DNA of 64,000 bases from Bacteroidales bacterium (GTDB lineage Bacteria > Bacteroidota > Bacteroidia > Bacteroidales > UBA1715), in NCBI GenBank assembly GCA_017552705.1, contig JAFZOY010000028.1:12752-76751 (forward strand), given 5' to 3'. Below the pieces are notes generated by a model. It was not told the DNA's origin and did not search any database. It saw only the letters and a list, made by a program, of their open reading frames with translations. Every line of letters starts with the position of its first letter. Position 1 is the first letter of the stretch. Below are positions 48,090 to 59,000 of this stretch, in pieces. The translations under genes were made by a program, and so were the position numbers.

Positions 48090-48488
48090 ATGAAAAATAA
48101 AGGTATGAGACGCACGGTTTTACAAGTTTTTCTGCTATTCATGTTTCTTCTGTCGTCCGTGTTGTGTTTTTCGCAGAAACTGAAAACCCACGAGGATTCG
48201 GTGAAACACGACACAAATATGATGAAGTTTGAGAAAATGTTTGTGGAGGCGAATCTTGAAAAAAACCGTGGAAATTACGAGCAGGCCACGATGCTGTATT
48301 ACGATTGCCTGAAACTGAAACCGACGAGTTCCGCGGTTTATTACGAACTTGCAAACGTCAATCTTAGGCTCTATAAATTTTCCGAGGCTGACGTAAATAT
48401 TAAAAAGGCAATAAAAATTAATTCCGAAAATTCAGAGTATGAACGCTTTTTAGACGATTTATACGTGAAAATGGGCAAAAAAAGATAA
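48090..48488 (+). CDS. TPR-repeat protein with signal peptide
   Basis: TPR-like helices (NRGNYEQATMLYYDCLKLKPTSSAVYYELANVNLRL...). The start is ATG 48090 or 48105; the listed TTG at 48075 lies inside the hairpin. Confidence 0.6.
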   Translation: MKNKGMRRTVLQVFLLFMFLLSSVLCFSQKLKTHEDSVKHDTNMMKFEKMFVEANLEKNRGNYEQATMLYYDCLKLKPTSSAVYYELANVNLRLYKFSEADVNIKKAIKINSENSEYERFLDDLYVKMGKKR

Positions 48489-48504
48489 TTTTGTAAAAAA
48501 TTGA

Positions 48505-49353
48505 ATGAAATACGTTTATCTCTATAGTATCCTTGCTGTTTGTTTCTTTGTGTCGTGCCATTCCTCAAAGAAAATGGTGAAGGTTTCCAGTGAGAAACAA
48601 ATGGAGATGCTTGCCTTATACGATAGCGTCACAAAGAACTATGGGGATTATTCAACTGTTTCTCTGAAATTTTCAGTTGATTCGAAGGAGTTGAAATCGT
48701 TGCCTGTGCAACTAAAAGGTAGCCTGCGGATAAAACGCGACAGCGCAATCTGGATTTCGGTCATGCCAACGCTCAATATTGAGGTGCTCCGCTGTATCAT
48801 TACGCAAGATAGTGTGAAATTTTATTCAAAATTGCAACATACGCAGTATGCCACTGATTTACAATCACTTTCGCAGCAAATAGGCGTTGAGGTTGACTAC
48901 GCCACCGTTCAGTCAGTTCTGTTGGACGAACTATTTATTAGCCAGCAGGGTAAGATTGATACACTCAATTTGTTTAAGTCGATGGAAATCAATAAAAAAG
49001 AGAAAAAAGTGATATTCCAAACCCACTCGAAAAAGGAATTCAAGAAAGTAGATACTGTGTCGCTTTTGCAGATATGGCAAATTTCTATGGAAAATCTGCG
49101 CATTTCGCAAGTCGAGATTTTGGAAGAGAATGCGGATGTGTTCGACAGCGATAAGATGAAATTCAAACTTAATTACGATGATTTTGAAACCTTTGGAAAC
49201 ATTTCGTTCCCAACAAAATTGAGTTTGAAGGCGAAAATGCCAAGTAAAAAGATTCATTTTGAAATGATGTATTCAAAAATATTGTTCAACGAAGATTTGT
49301 CGTTCCCGTTCAATCCAAGCGATAAATATCAAAAAATGGAATTGAAGAATTGA
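48505..49353 (+). CDS. DUF4292-like lipoprotein (LolB-like fold family)
   Basis: Lipobox FFVSC. Its position between a TPR gene and an M23/EnvC gene is the conserved Bacteroidota arrangement as I recall it. Confidence 0.55.
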   Translation: MKYVYLYSILAVCFFVSCHSSKKMVKVSSEKQMEMLALYDSVTKNYGDYSTVSLKFSVDSKELKSLPVQLKGSLRIKRDSAIWISVMPTLNIEVLRCIITQDSVKFYSKLQHTQYATDLQSLSQQIGVEVDYATVQSVLLDELFISQQGKIDTLNLFKSMEINKKEKKVIFQTHSKKEFKKVDTVSLLQIWQISMENLRISQVEILEENADVFDSDKMKFKLNYDDFETFGNISFPTKLSLKAKMPSKKIHFEMMYSKILFNEDLSFPFNPSDKYQKMELKN

Positions 49354-50594
49354 TGAAAAGGTTCTGTTTCATATTGTTAGCAATGATTGTTTGCGCATCG
49401 TTCGATGGTTTTTGCCAAAAGGGAAAAAAGACTGTCAAACAGGTGCAGGCAGAGGCTGCTAAAGCAAAAAAGGAAATCGAACGGACAAGTAAGTTACTGA
49501 AGGAGACCGAGAAAAGTAAGTCCATCTCAATTGAACGTGTAACCTTGTTGAGCCAACAAATAGACGAACGTAATAAGTACGTGAATTCACTGCAACAGGA
49601 AATTGAATTTATCGAGCAGGATATTTTTGCGACAAATGCACAAATCCACACGTTGACATCCCAGTTGGAAGAGGTTCAGAAGGAGTACAATCAAACGCTG
49701 TTTGTGCTGTATAAAGTTCATTCCCAATATGAACAATTGATTTTCGTGCTTTCCGCCGACGATTTCAATCAAGCCTTCAACCGATTGAAATATCTGCAAT
49801 ATTATTCGGATTACATGATTCAGCAGTCGGAGCGCATCAAATCTTTGCAGGATAGCCTTGGCGTGCGAAAATACGAATTGGAGAACCTGCTCACTAAAAA
49901 GAAAAATTTGATTGGTGAAAAGCAGTCGGAAGCGCGGAAGTTGGAACAGGATAAATATCAAGAGGATATCACCATTAAGAAATTGAGCGCAAAGCAGAGC
50001 GAACTGCAAAAGAAACTTGCTCAGAAACAAGCTCTTGCGCGCAAGCTCGACAAACAAATCGAGGATTTAATCAAGGCGGAACTTGAGGCAAAGAAAAAGG
50101 CCGCCGCCGCAAAAAACAAAACGACAAATACCACGAAAACAACTACAGAAAGCACGTTGACTCCAGAAGAAAAATTGGTGTCGAAAAATTTTGCTGAAAA
50201 TAAAGGACGACTTCCGTGGCCAACAGTTACGGGAAAAATCACGGAACATTTCGGGCGTCACAAACATCCAACGCTGGAATACGTTGAGGTTGAAAGTAAT
50301 GGTGTGTCTATAGCAACTTCGAAAGGCTCGAAGGCGCGTGCAATTTTTGACGGAACCGTTTCGAAAATAGTGCTTATTCCTGGTCGTAACACGGCGGTTT
50401 TGATAAAACACGGGAATTATTACACTGTATATGACAATCTTACGTCGGTTACTGTAGCGCCGGGGCAACAAGTCAAGGCGAAACAGGAAATTGGAACGAT
50501 TTACACTGATCCTGAAACAAATTCAACCGTACTTCAATTGCAGATTTGGCGAGAACTCGAGAAGTTAGATCCTGAACAATGGCTTTCTAAATAA
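49353..50594 (+). CDS. murein hydrolase activator EnvC-like / M23 peptidase with long coiled coil
   Basis: The ATG at 49353 overlaps the upstream stop (TGATG). About 250 aa of heptad-rich coiled coil, then a C-terminal LytM/M23 domain (GVSIATSKGSKARAIFDGTVSKI...IKHGNYYTVYDNL). Confidence 0.75.
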   Translation: MKRFCFILLAMIVCASFDGFCQKGKKTVKQVQAEAAKAKKEIERTSKLLKETEKSKSISIERVTLLSQQIDERNKYVNSLQQEIEFIEQDIFATNAQIHTLTSQLEEVQKEYNQTLFVLYKVHSQYEQLIFVLSADDFNQAFNRLKYLQYYSDYMIQQSERIKSLQDSLGVRKYELENLLTKKKNLIGEKQSEARKLEQDKYQEDITIKKLSAKQSELQKKLAQKQALARKLDKQIEDLIKAELEAKKKAAAAKNKTTNTTKTTTESTLTPEEKLVSKNFAENKGRLPWPTVTGKITEHFGRHKHPTLEYVEVESNGVSIATSKGSKARAIFDGTVSKIVLIPGRNTAVLIKHGNYYTVYDNLTSVTVAPGQQVKAKQEIGTIYTDPETNSTVLQLQIWRELEKLDPEQWLSK

Positions 50595-53500
50595 TGCCTA
50601 TGGAGAAATCCAATATCCATATCATTATCAACGAGCTGGATAAATTCACACGAAGGTTTTATTTAAATGAATTTGCCAAAGGTCTTATATTGTTCGTTTT
50701 AATTGGCATTTTCTACTTTTTGGTTATCAGTTGTGCCGAGTATTTCGCATTTTTCCCGACAACGGTACGTACGATTGTGTTTTATACGTCGATAGCATTG
50801 GCGCTTGTGGCGTTTGCGAAATATATTGTGTTACCGCTATTCCGTATGTGCAAAATCGGGAAAGTCCTTTCGCATACCGAGGCGGCGCGGATTGTCACGC
50901 AGTTTTTCCCCGAAATAAAAGATACGCTGCTCAACACGTTGGAGCTTGCCAACGATGCGTCGTTGGCCGACAACGCCCTTGCAATTGCGGCAATTAACCA
51001 GAAAATCGCTTCGCTTCGCCCGATTCCGTTCGAGGCGGCGATAGATTTCAGGAAGTTGTTTCAGTATTGGAAATATTTTGTCGCATTGATTTGTGCGATT
51101 GTGCTGGTGTCGGTTTTTTACCCTCGCGCCATTGCTGATGGAGCGACGCGGATTGTGAAGCACAACGAGTTTTTTGAGAAACCGGCGCCGTTCTCTTTCG
51201 TTCTGGACAATGATACGCTGTCGGTTATCAAAGGCGAAGATTTTACCGTGTCAATGCATGTTGAGGGACGAATTGTGCCTGAACGGGTAAATATATCGAT
51301 TGGCGGAAATAATTTTCTGATGACCAAGAAAAATGCGGTGTCGTTTGAGTACGTTTTGCGTGGGTGCAACAATTCGATTACGTTTTCATTTAATGCTGAA
51401 GATGTGGTGTCGCAACAGTTTCAGTTACAAGTGTTTCCACTTCCTCAATTGTTGAATTTCAGTATAGTGGGAAACGTGCCGCTATACACCAATCTCGAAA
51501 ATGTGAATGCAACCAATACCGGCGACGTCACTATTCCTGCTGGCACAAACATTACTTGGAATGTGGAAACTGCGGATGCTGATTCTCTGTTTTTCGTGAT
51601 GGAATCGGGCGAACAGATACCATTCGTGAAAAATGACAATCAATTCAATCTGAATCAGCGAATTATGCAGACAACACCATATACGTTGGTCGGAAAAAAC
51701 AAATATCTCGATACGGTAAAAATTATTTCCTACACGTTTACGGTTATACCAGACTTGCGACCTTCGATACAGGTTGAACAAAAACAAGATAGCTCGCAGT
51801 ATTTCACGTATTACTTTAAGGGAGAGATACAGGATGATTATGGATTCTCGTCCTTTGATTTTGTGTATTTCCTGAAGGATAAAGAGTCTGAGGCGAAACG
51901 CATTCCAATGGAATTTTCGCCGACAATTTCGCACCAGCAATATTTTTATATGTTCGACTTTTCGCAATTTTCCAAAGGCGATGAAATCAAATATTATTTT
52001 GAAGTGTTTGATAATGATGCCGTTAACGGTAGAAAATCTGCTCGGACCGCCACCTATAATTTTACGATACCTACGCAGGAAGAGTTGGAAGAAATGCAGG
52101 AAGAGTATTCCAAACAGATTGAGTCGTCGTTTATGCAGTCGTCGTCGCTTACGCAGGAATTGGTCAAGGATTTCGACAAACTGAAACAAAAACTGCTCAA
52201 CGAAAATCTTTCTGATTGGGAACGGAAACAGGTTCTCGACGAGATGAAACAAAAACAAGAGCAAATAAAGCAACAGGTTGAACAGCTTACACAGTCGCTC
52301 GAACAGAAAAACGATTTGCAAAATAAACTCTCGGAACGTGACGAGGAAATTCTGCGTAAGCAAAAAGAAATCGAGGAACTATTGAATGCGTTGATGGATG
52401 ACGAACTCCGCAAGATGATGGAGGAGTTTAACCAAATGGTTGACAATTACAATAAAGATGAGTTCATCAAAAAATCGGAGGAAATGAAAATGTCGTTCGA
52501 AGAACTTTCCAAGCAACTTGACCGTGATTTGGAATTGTTGAAGCGAATGGATGTTGAAGAGTCGGTGCAACAGGCAACGAACCGTTTGCAGGAATTGGCT
52601 GACGAACAGCGTCGTCTTTCCGAAGAACTGAAAAATGCTAAGAATCAAGAAGATATACAGAAGAAGTTAGACGAACTCTCTAAAGAATTCGAGTCAATCG
52701 AAAAGGAATATAATGATGCCCAAATGAAAAACGAGGAATTGCAGCAAAAGTTTGACTTACAGGATTTTAATCAGCAATTCCAGGATATTCAGAATTCAAT
52801 GGAGCAGAGTAAGTCGGAGCAGCAGCAAGGGCAGCAGTCAAAGTCTTCAAAATCAATGAAAAAGGCGGCTGAGCAAACGCAACAGTTGGCTGAAAATATG
52901 CAGAGTATGATGCAACAGCAAATGGCTCAGCAAAATATGGAAGATATGGCAAATATGCGCCAGATTCTCGAAAATCTGATGACTTTCTCGTTCCAGCAAG
53001 AGGAATTGATGTCGCAAACGGGAAAACTTTCCCATGCCGATCCAAAATATGCCGAAGTGGCGTTCAAACAAAATGTGTTGCGTGAAAATTTCAAGGTGAT
53101 AAAGGATTCGTTGTATGCGCTTAGCTTGCGTGTGCCGCAGATTTCGCAGACAATCAACAACGAGGTGTTTGAGATATACAAAAATGGTCGGTCGGTAATC
53201 ACCAATCTGGAGCAGCAACAGCGCGGATTGGCTCGGATTAATCAGCAGTATATGATGACTTCAGCAAATAATCTTGCGCTTTTGTTTTCGGAAGTTTTGC
53301 AACAGATGCAGCAGCAGGCCGCCCAACAGATGGAAGGTCAACAGCAATGCCAAAATCCGAAAAATAGCGGCAAGGGACAAAAACCGTCGTTCCAGCAAAT
53401 GAAGAAAATGCAGGAATCGCTGAAAGAGCAAATGCAACAAATGATGCAACAGATGAAAGAAGGCGGAATGCCGTCGGGACAAATGCAGAAACAGTTGAGC

Positions 53501-53914
53501 GAGATGCTGATGAAAGAGCAGATGCTGAAACAGCTTGGCAATCAAATGATGAAAGAAGGTGAACTGTCGCCCGAAGGCGTTCAGCAACTGAAAGATATTC
53601 AGCGGCTTATGGACCAAACGGAACGTGATATTATAAACCAAACTATTACTCCGCAAACAATGATGCGTCAGGAGCAGATACTCACACGTCTGCTCGAAGC
53701 CGATAAATCCGAGCGTGAGCGTGATATGGACAAGGAACGGGAATCGAAAACCGCCGTGGAAAAACCTTCGGAAAGTGCCAGAAAAATGTTCAAACCTACT
53801 GATGCCGAAAAACAGCAATACGACGATGTGCTACAAGAAAACGGCGTGAAACTGAAACCACAATACCAAAAAATCTATTCGGATTATATAATTAATCTGA
53901 ATGAGGAAAAATAA
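50594..53914 (+). CDS. giant membrane-anchored protein with Q/E/K-rich coiled-coil C-terminal half (DUF4175-like)
   Basis: The start overlaps the M23 gene stop (TAATG). N-terminal TM helices (GLILFVLIGIFYFLVISCAEYF, TIVFYTSIALALVAFAKYIV), a ~350-aa beta-rich middle, then ~600 aa of low-complexity QQ/EE/KK repeats. The DUF4175 name comes from memory of similar Bacteroidota proteins. Confidence 0.6.
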   Translation: MPMEKSNIHIIINELDKFTRRFYLNEFAKGLILFVLIGIFYFLVISCAEYFAFFPTTVRTIVFYTSIALALVAFAKYIVLPLFRMCKIGKVLSHTEAARIVTQFFPEIKDTLLNTLELANDASLADNALAIAAINQKIASLRPIPFEAAIDFRKLFQYWKYFVALICAIVLVSVFYPRAIADGATRIVKHNEFFEKPAPFSFVLDNDTLSVIKGEDFTVSMHVEGRIVPERVNISIGGNNFLMTKKNAVSFEYVLRGCNNSITFSFNAEDVVSQQFQLQVFPLPQLLNFSIVGNVPLYTNLENVNATNTGDVTIPAGTNITWNVETADADSLFFVMESGEQIPFVKNDNQFNLNQRIMQTTPYTLVGKNKYLDTVKIISYTFTVIPDLRPSIQVEQKQDSSQYFTYYFKGEIQDDYGFSSFDFVYFLKDKESEAKRIPMEFSPTISHQQYFYMFDFSQFSKGDEIKYYFEVFDNDAVNGRKSARTATYNFTIPTQEELEEMQEEYSKQIESSFMQSSSLTQELVKDFDKLKQKLLNENLSDWERKQVLDEMKQKQEQIKQQVEQLTQSLEQKNDLQNKLSERDEEILRKQKEIEELLNALMDDELRKMMEEFNQMVDNYNKDEFIKKSEEMKMSFEELSKQLDRDLELLKRMDVEESVQQATNRLQELADEQRRLSEELKNAKNQEDIQKKLDELSKEFESIEKEYNDAQMKNEELQQKFDLQDFNQQFQDIQNSMEQSKSEQQQGQQSKSSKSMKKAAEQTQQLAENMQSMMQQQMAQQNMEDMANMRQILENLMTFSFQQEELMSQTGKLSHADPKYAEVAFKQNVLRENFKVIKDSLYALSLRVPQISQTINNEVFEIYKNGRSVITNLEQQQRGLARINQQYMMTSANNLALLFSEVLQQMQQQAAQQMEGQQQCQNPKNSGKGQKPSFQQMKKMQESLKEQMQQMMQQMKEGGMPSGQMQKQLSEMLMKEQMLKQLGNQMMKEGELSPEGVQQLKDIQRLMDQTERDIINQTITPQTMMRQEQILTRLLEADKSERERDMDKERESKTAVEKPSESARKMFKPTDAEKQQYDDVLQENGVKLKPQYQKIYSDYIINLNEEK

Positions 53915-53932
53915 CGGCTGTGTAGAAACAGA

Positions 53933-55216
53933 TTAAAAATTGTACTTGTCTTTCCAAAGCGACTGCATATATCGCTTGGTTTCGTCTTCTCGTTTATTGT
54001 CCGCTGGTTTCCAAAATGTTGTGCCGGCAATTTCTTTTGGTAAGAAATCCTGCTGTACAAAATGTCCTGGGTAATCGTGCGAATATTTATAGCCGTCGCC
54101 GTATTTCAATTCTTCCATCAACTTTGTGGGAGCGTTGCGGAGATGAAGCGGAACAGGCAACATGCCTTCCTTTTTTACTTTTGCCAATGCCGCGTCTATT
54201 GCCAAATATGCCGAATTGCTTTTGGGCGAAGTGGCAAGGTAAATCGTTGTTTCAGAAAGGATTATCCGCGCTTCGGGCATCCCGATTACTGAAATTGCAT
54301 TGAAACAACTTTGAGCCAAAAGTAAAGCATTGGGGTTTGCCAAGCCAATATCTTCCGATGCGGAAATGAGTAACCTTCTGGCTATGAACTTAATATCCTC
54401 TCCACCTTCAAGCATTCGTGCAAGCCAATATACGGCCGCATTTGGATCGCTACCGCGGATAGATTTTATGAACGCGGAAATAATATCGTAATGCTGTTCG
54501 CCACCTTTGTCATACAAGGCGATATTTTCCTGTAATGTGGTGGTAACCATCTCGTTAGTGATGGTAATCGGCTTCTGGGGATTTTGTGCGCTTATCACAA
54601 TTTCAAGTACATTCAACATTTTGCGTGCGTCGCCGCCAGAGAAACGCATCAATGCTTCCTCTTCTTTAATGTTGATTTTCATTGTTTTAAGAACAATGTC
54701 TTCATGTAATGCTTTATCGATAAGCGTGTGCAAGTCGCTTCGTTCGAGCGATTTGAGCACATAAACTTGGCAACGCGACAACAATGGTGAAATAACCTCG
54801 AACGATGGATTTTCGGTGGTCGCACCAATAAGAGTGACTGTGCCGTTTTCCACGGCTGCGAGCAACGAATCCTGTTGTGATTTGTTGAACCGATGGATTT
54901 CGTCGATAAATAGAATTGGATTCGGAGAGTCGAAAAATTGCGAATGTTTTGCTTTCTCCAACACATCGCGGACTTCCTTAACGCCAGAAATTACGGCGCT
55001 TAATGTAAAAAACGGGCGTTCTAAACTATGCGAAATAATTTGTGCAAGCGTGGTTTTTCCAACGCCTGGAGGCCCCCAAAGAATCATGGATGCGATTCGT
55101 CCAGATTCAATCGCATTGCGGAGCACGGCACCTTTTGCCACCAAATGTTTTTGCCCCAAATAGTCGTCGATTGACTTTGGACGCATTCGTTCCGCCAAAG
55201 GTTGTTGAATGCTCAT
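53933..55216 (-). CDS. rarA: replication-associated recombination protein A
   Basis: Walker A GPPGVGKTT, Walker B ILFIDEIHRFNK, and a C-terminal MgsA domain (YDKGGEQHYDIISAFIKSIRGSDPNAAVYWLARM). Confidence 0.93.
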   Translation of the reverse strand: MSIQQPLAERMRPKSIDDYLGQKHLVAKGAVLRNAIESGRIASMILWGPPGVGKTTLAQIISHSLERPFFTLSAVISGVKEVRDVLEKAKHSQFFDSPNPILFIDEIHRFNKSQQDSLLAAVENGTVTLIGATTENPSFEVISPLLSRCQVYVLKSLERSDLHTLIDKALHEDIVLKTMKINIKEEEALMRFSGGDARKMLNVLEIVISAQNPQKPITITNEMVTTTLQENIALYDKGGEQHYDIISAFIKSIRGSDPNAAVYWLARMLEGGEDIKFIARRLLISASEDIGLANPNALLLAQSCFNAISVIGMPEARIILSETTIYLATSPKSNSAYLAIDAALAKVKKEGMLPVPLHLRNAPTKLMEELKYGDGYKYSHDYPGHFVQQDFLPKEIAGTTFWKPADNKREDETKRYMQSLWKDKYNF

Positions 55217-56004
55217 ATCGTATCCTGATTTTGGTTGATGATTTTCACAAGGGTTTCCTTGTCTTCAACTGGGTAGATTTCCCCGCGTTGGCAATACGAG
55301 ATGCCACCCGTTTGTTCGGAAACTATCAGCACAAGACTGTCGGTGTCCTCGCTCATACCCAAAGCCGAGCGGTGACGCATACCGTAACCCATTGGTAATT
55401 CTGTGCGTTTTGTCATTGGCAGGACGCATTTTGCGGCGATGATTTTTTTCCCGACAATCAGCACGGCTCCATCGTGGAGCGGCGTGTTTTTATAGAAAAT
55501 ATTCTGAAGCAATGCCGACGAGATGCGTGCATCAATGATTTCTCCCGTTTGTACAAATGGCGTCAGGGTTTCTTTTCGGGTGGAGATAACGATAAGCGCA
55601 CCTGTTTGTGTTTTCGCCATACTGAAAATCGCATCACAGATTTCTTCGATTGATTCGGGCGGAATCACTGTGTGGTTGATTCGGAACACTTTTGGCAGAT
55701 ATTTCCTGCTTTGCGAATGTAAATATCGATTTCCAATCATGGTAAGGAAACTGCGGATTTCCGACTGGAACAAAATCACTAATGCAAGTCCACCAATACT
55801 AATGAACTGGCCCATGATTCTTGTGAGCATCTCCATGTGCAATGCTCTCACTATGAGCCAGATAACATAAAAAGCGATGATGCCAAGAAAGACGTTCATA
55901 CCCGCTGTTCCACGGATAAGTTTATACACTTCGTACATTAAGAATGCCACGAGGAAAATGTCCACGAAGTCAACAAATTGAAACGAAATGAACAATGGTA
56001 CCAT
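55213..56004 (-). CDS. cdaA: diadenylate cyclase (membrane-anchored CdaA)
   Basis: Three N-terminal TM helices, then a DAC domain with GALIVI, TPLHDGAVLI and GMRHRSALGMSE. Confidence 0.9.
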   Translation of the reverse strand: MVPLFISFQFVDFVDIFLVAFLMYEVYKLIRGTAGMNVFLGIIAFYVIWLIVRALHMEMLTRIMGQFISIGGLALVILFQSEIRSFLTMIGNRYLHSQSRKYLPKVFRINHTVIPPESIEEICDAIFSMAKTQTGALIVISTRKETLTPFVQTGEIIDARISSALLQNIFYKNTPLHDGAVLIVGKKIIAAKCVLPMTKRTELPMGYGMRHRSALGMSEDTDSLVLIVSEQTGGISYCQRGEIYPVEDKETLVKIINQNQDTI

Positions 56005-56045
56005 ACTTTCTTGTTTGTCCCAAAGATATAAAAGTTAGATGAAAC

Positions 56046-59000
56046 TTACTCTTTTTGCAACGGTAGTTTTACGAAAAATGTTGTGCCAACGCCCAATTCG
56101 GTTTCAAACCAAATTTCGCCGTTGCAGCCTTCAATAATATTTTTGCAGATGGCAAGTCCGAATCCGCTACCTGTGGATTTTGTAGTGAAATGCAATTCAA
56201 AAATATGTTTTTTCACTTCGTCGTCGATGCCGCGACCATTGTCGTGAATGGCAATACGGGCAAAATTCTGCTCGGTTTGCAATGTCACGGAAATAAGTCC
56301 TTTTTGGTCGGTAGGTATGGCTTGGGTGGCATTTTTCAGCAGATTGTTGAAGAGCCGCATAGTTTTTTCTTTGTCGGCAAGAACAATAACGTCTTGTTCC
56401 TTGAAATCCGATGTTATGGTGATATTTTCTTCTTGTTCGAATAATGTTATGCAGTTCTGTAATAGTTCGTTAATGTTGATAGGTTCAAGTACTACTTTAG
56501 ATAGTTTTGCAAAATCCGAGAACGACGTTGCCGTGTCGGCAAGGGTGTCGATTTGTTCGATTATGGTTTTTGAGATTGTTTTCAGGCGAGTCTCAAATTT
56601 CTCATCTTTCTCGTCCCACGAGCGGTTTAGTAATTGCAGGCTCAGTTTCATTGGCGTGAGCGGATTTTTTATTTCGTGGGCAATTTGCCGTGCCATCTCG
56701 CGCCAAGCCATTTCGCGTTCCGCCTTTGCAAGTTTTTCGGCGCTCACGCTCAGTTTGTCAATCATTTCGTTGTAATTCTGAATGACGCCCTTTAGTTCGT
56801 CGGGCGCCTTGAGCGAAATCTTTTCGTTTTCCTCGCCAATAGCCACACTCGTCATCTTGTTCTGCAACACTACCAACGGTTCAGAAATGCGTTTTGCGAT
56901 GAACATGGAAAGAATCGTTGCTAAAAACAGCAGCACGACAAATATATTCAACAAACTGACAAACAGTCCGACGAACTGCTGCTTGAAGTCTTCCTCGTTA
57001 GAAAAATTTGGCAGGTTGAGGTAGCCAAGCACATCGTTTTGGCTATTGATAATCGACATGTACGCCGATGTAAAGTGCAGATTACCAATATTTTCCTCTT
57101 GCGAATACGCGGAATGGCTCCGTTTGATGAGTTGGTAGAATGCGCGCGTCGCCATTTTTTCGTTCACCAGTCGGAATTGGAAAACTTCCGGACGGGAAGA
57201 TGCGATTAAATCTCCATTGGTGTCGTATAAGTTCACATCGGTGGAATAAATGTTCGCCAGTTCTGTCAATTTATTTTGGAGATAGGTTTTATCGGCGGCA
57301 GGAATGACGGCAAAATCCTTATATGTTTGTGAGAAATCCTTGGCGGCCGAGGCGATTTTTTCCTCAAGATACATCCGTTGCTGGCGTGTGTTGTACGATT
57401 TTATGAAAACTGTGCCTCCCAGTGCTACAATAATAAACGAACCGACCAACAATCCTATTTGCGAGCGTTTTATCTGCGACGAAAGGGAATGTGTGATTTG
57501 AATCGGTGTTTTGTCGCAACATTTTAGGAAAATGAGCATCAATAGGAAAAAGAACAGAAATATATATGGAAACCACATCAAGTAATTGATGAACTGATAG
57601 GTTCTATTGCTCACAACCACAGTGTATTGGTCGTTGATTTTGTATGCAAGATGTGCGATGTGATGCTGCGTGTCGTAGAATGTTTCCATTTCTTTGTCGC
57701 AACGAAGCGTAAGTTTCTGGGAATAAGGATATTTCCCATGTTTTGAGATGAGTTTCCCATTTTTGTATTTTGCCAATGAATAATTGTCGGGAAACTGTGG
57801 TGTTTCGGCATTGTCAAGCAGGATGGTGGGATAGCCAAAACCCTGTACATTCGTTTTGGAATGCAGTTCAATATACAATTTTATTATCGACGAGTCGGAA
57901 CGTTTGTATTCAATTGCGTCGAAATAAGTAATGTTGCCGTCCTGATTGTTGATGAAATAATAGTTCGTGTCGGAAATGTGCTTACCGCTCGTGGCAACCA
58001 TTTGACGGAAATACGATTCGCAGTTTTCCAACTTGTTCGATTCGTTGAATTCCTTGTCGGTTCCGCAGATGGTACATTCCAAATCGTATTGCTTCAACCA
58101 ACCATTGAAGTACATTTTCTGTAAATAATTCTTTATGTCAACGTCTTGGTTTTCAGCATTTTTCATCATTCCCTGCAACATCACGTCGGAGCGGGTTGAT
58201 TTGTAAACCGAAGCCAAAAATTGTTCTGCCACGGGATCTTGTTCGTTTGCCCATTCTGTGGCCAGCATTTCTCGCATTCCAGCCTTGTATTTCCCTAAAT
58301 ATATGCTGATTGCGGTTTCAGTATAAATCACCGTAATTACGAGAAACAACAATTTCAGTGCAAACGTTGGACTTTCGTGTCGGCGGAAATAGGAGAATAA
58401 TACGATTGAAATTGTTGTAATGCAGTAAAAACCAAATAGATACGGATAGAATTCCGATGGTGATTCCATCAAAATGAGTGTCAGCGTGGGCGTCAACAAA
58501 CAGATGCCAATCAAAATGAATAGCGAATATTTTTGCTCGAACTCAAATTCCTTTGAAAAGCGGAAATAAAACGCAAAATACAAGAATAATAACGCCGCTA
58601 TTTCGAAGTATGCGATGAAACTCCAAATATTCGTGCTCAACAAATTGAACAATTCAAGTTCGATGCCGGAATGGAATGCCAACGATTTTATAAAACCCGT
58701 GGCTGTTCCGCACAAGATGAACGAAACTATACCAAAAATGATATACGAAAGTATCTCGGGTTTCCATTGCTTTTTTATTGTGAATACAATGTATGTAAGC
58801 ACAAGAATGACAATACTTTCTTGATACACCATGAAATCCTTTTTAACTTGATTCTGCATGATGAATGCCACGCCGAACAGCAACACGTACGCCAAAATTG
58901 ACACTATCCAATTTTTCTTGGGGAACATGCCCAAAAACAACACAAACAATGCAAAACTCAAAACGAACAAAACAACTGGTGCCGCAAGTTTCCAATCGCT

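Noticed and set aside
47072-48214. 380-aa ORF on the minus strand
   Set aside because: It is entirely antisense to metY, whose product has unmistakable PLP-enzyme motifs. The antisense translation is R/C/F/N-rich with no motif. It is a shadow ORF.
51482-53818. Several long minus-strand ORFs (293, 185, 130, 121 aa)
   Set aside because: They are mirror images of the GAA/CAG-rich low-complexity region of the 1106-aa plus-strand gene. Their F/L/H-rich nonsense composition marks them as non-coding.
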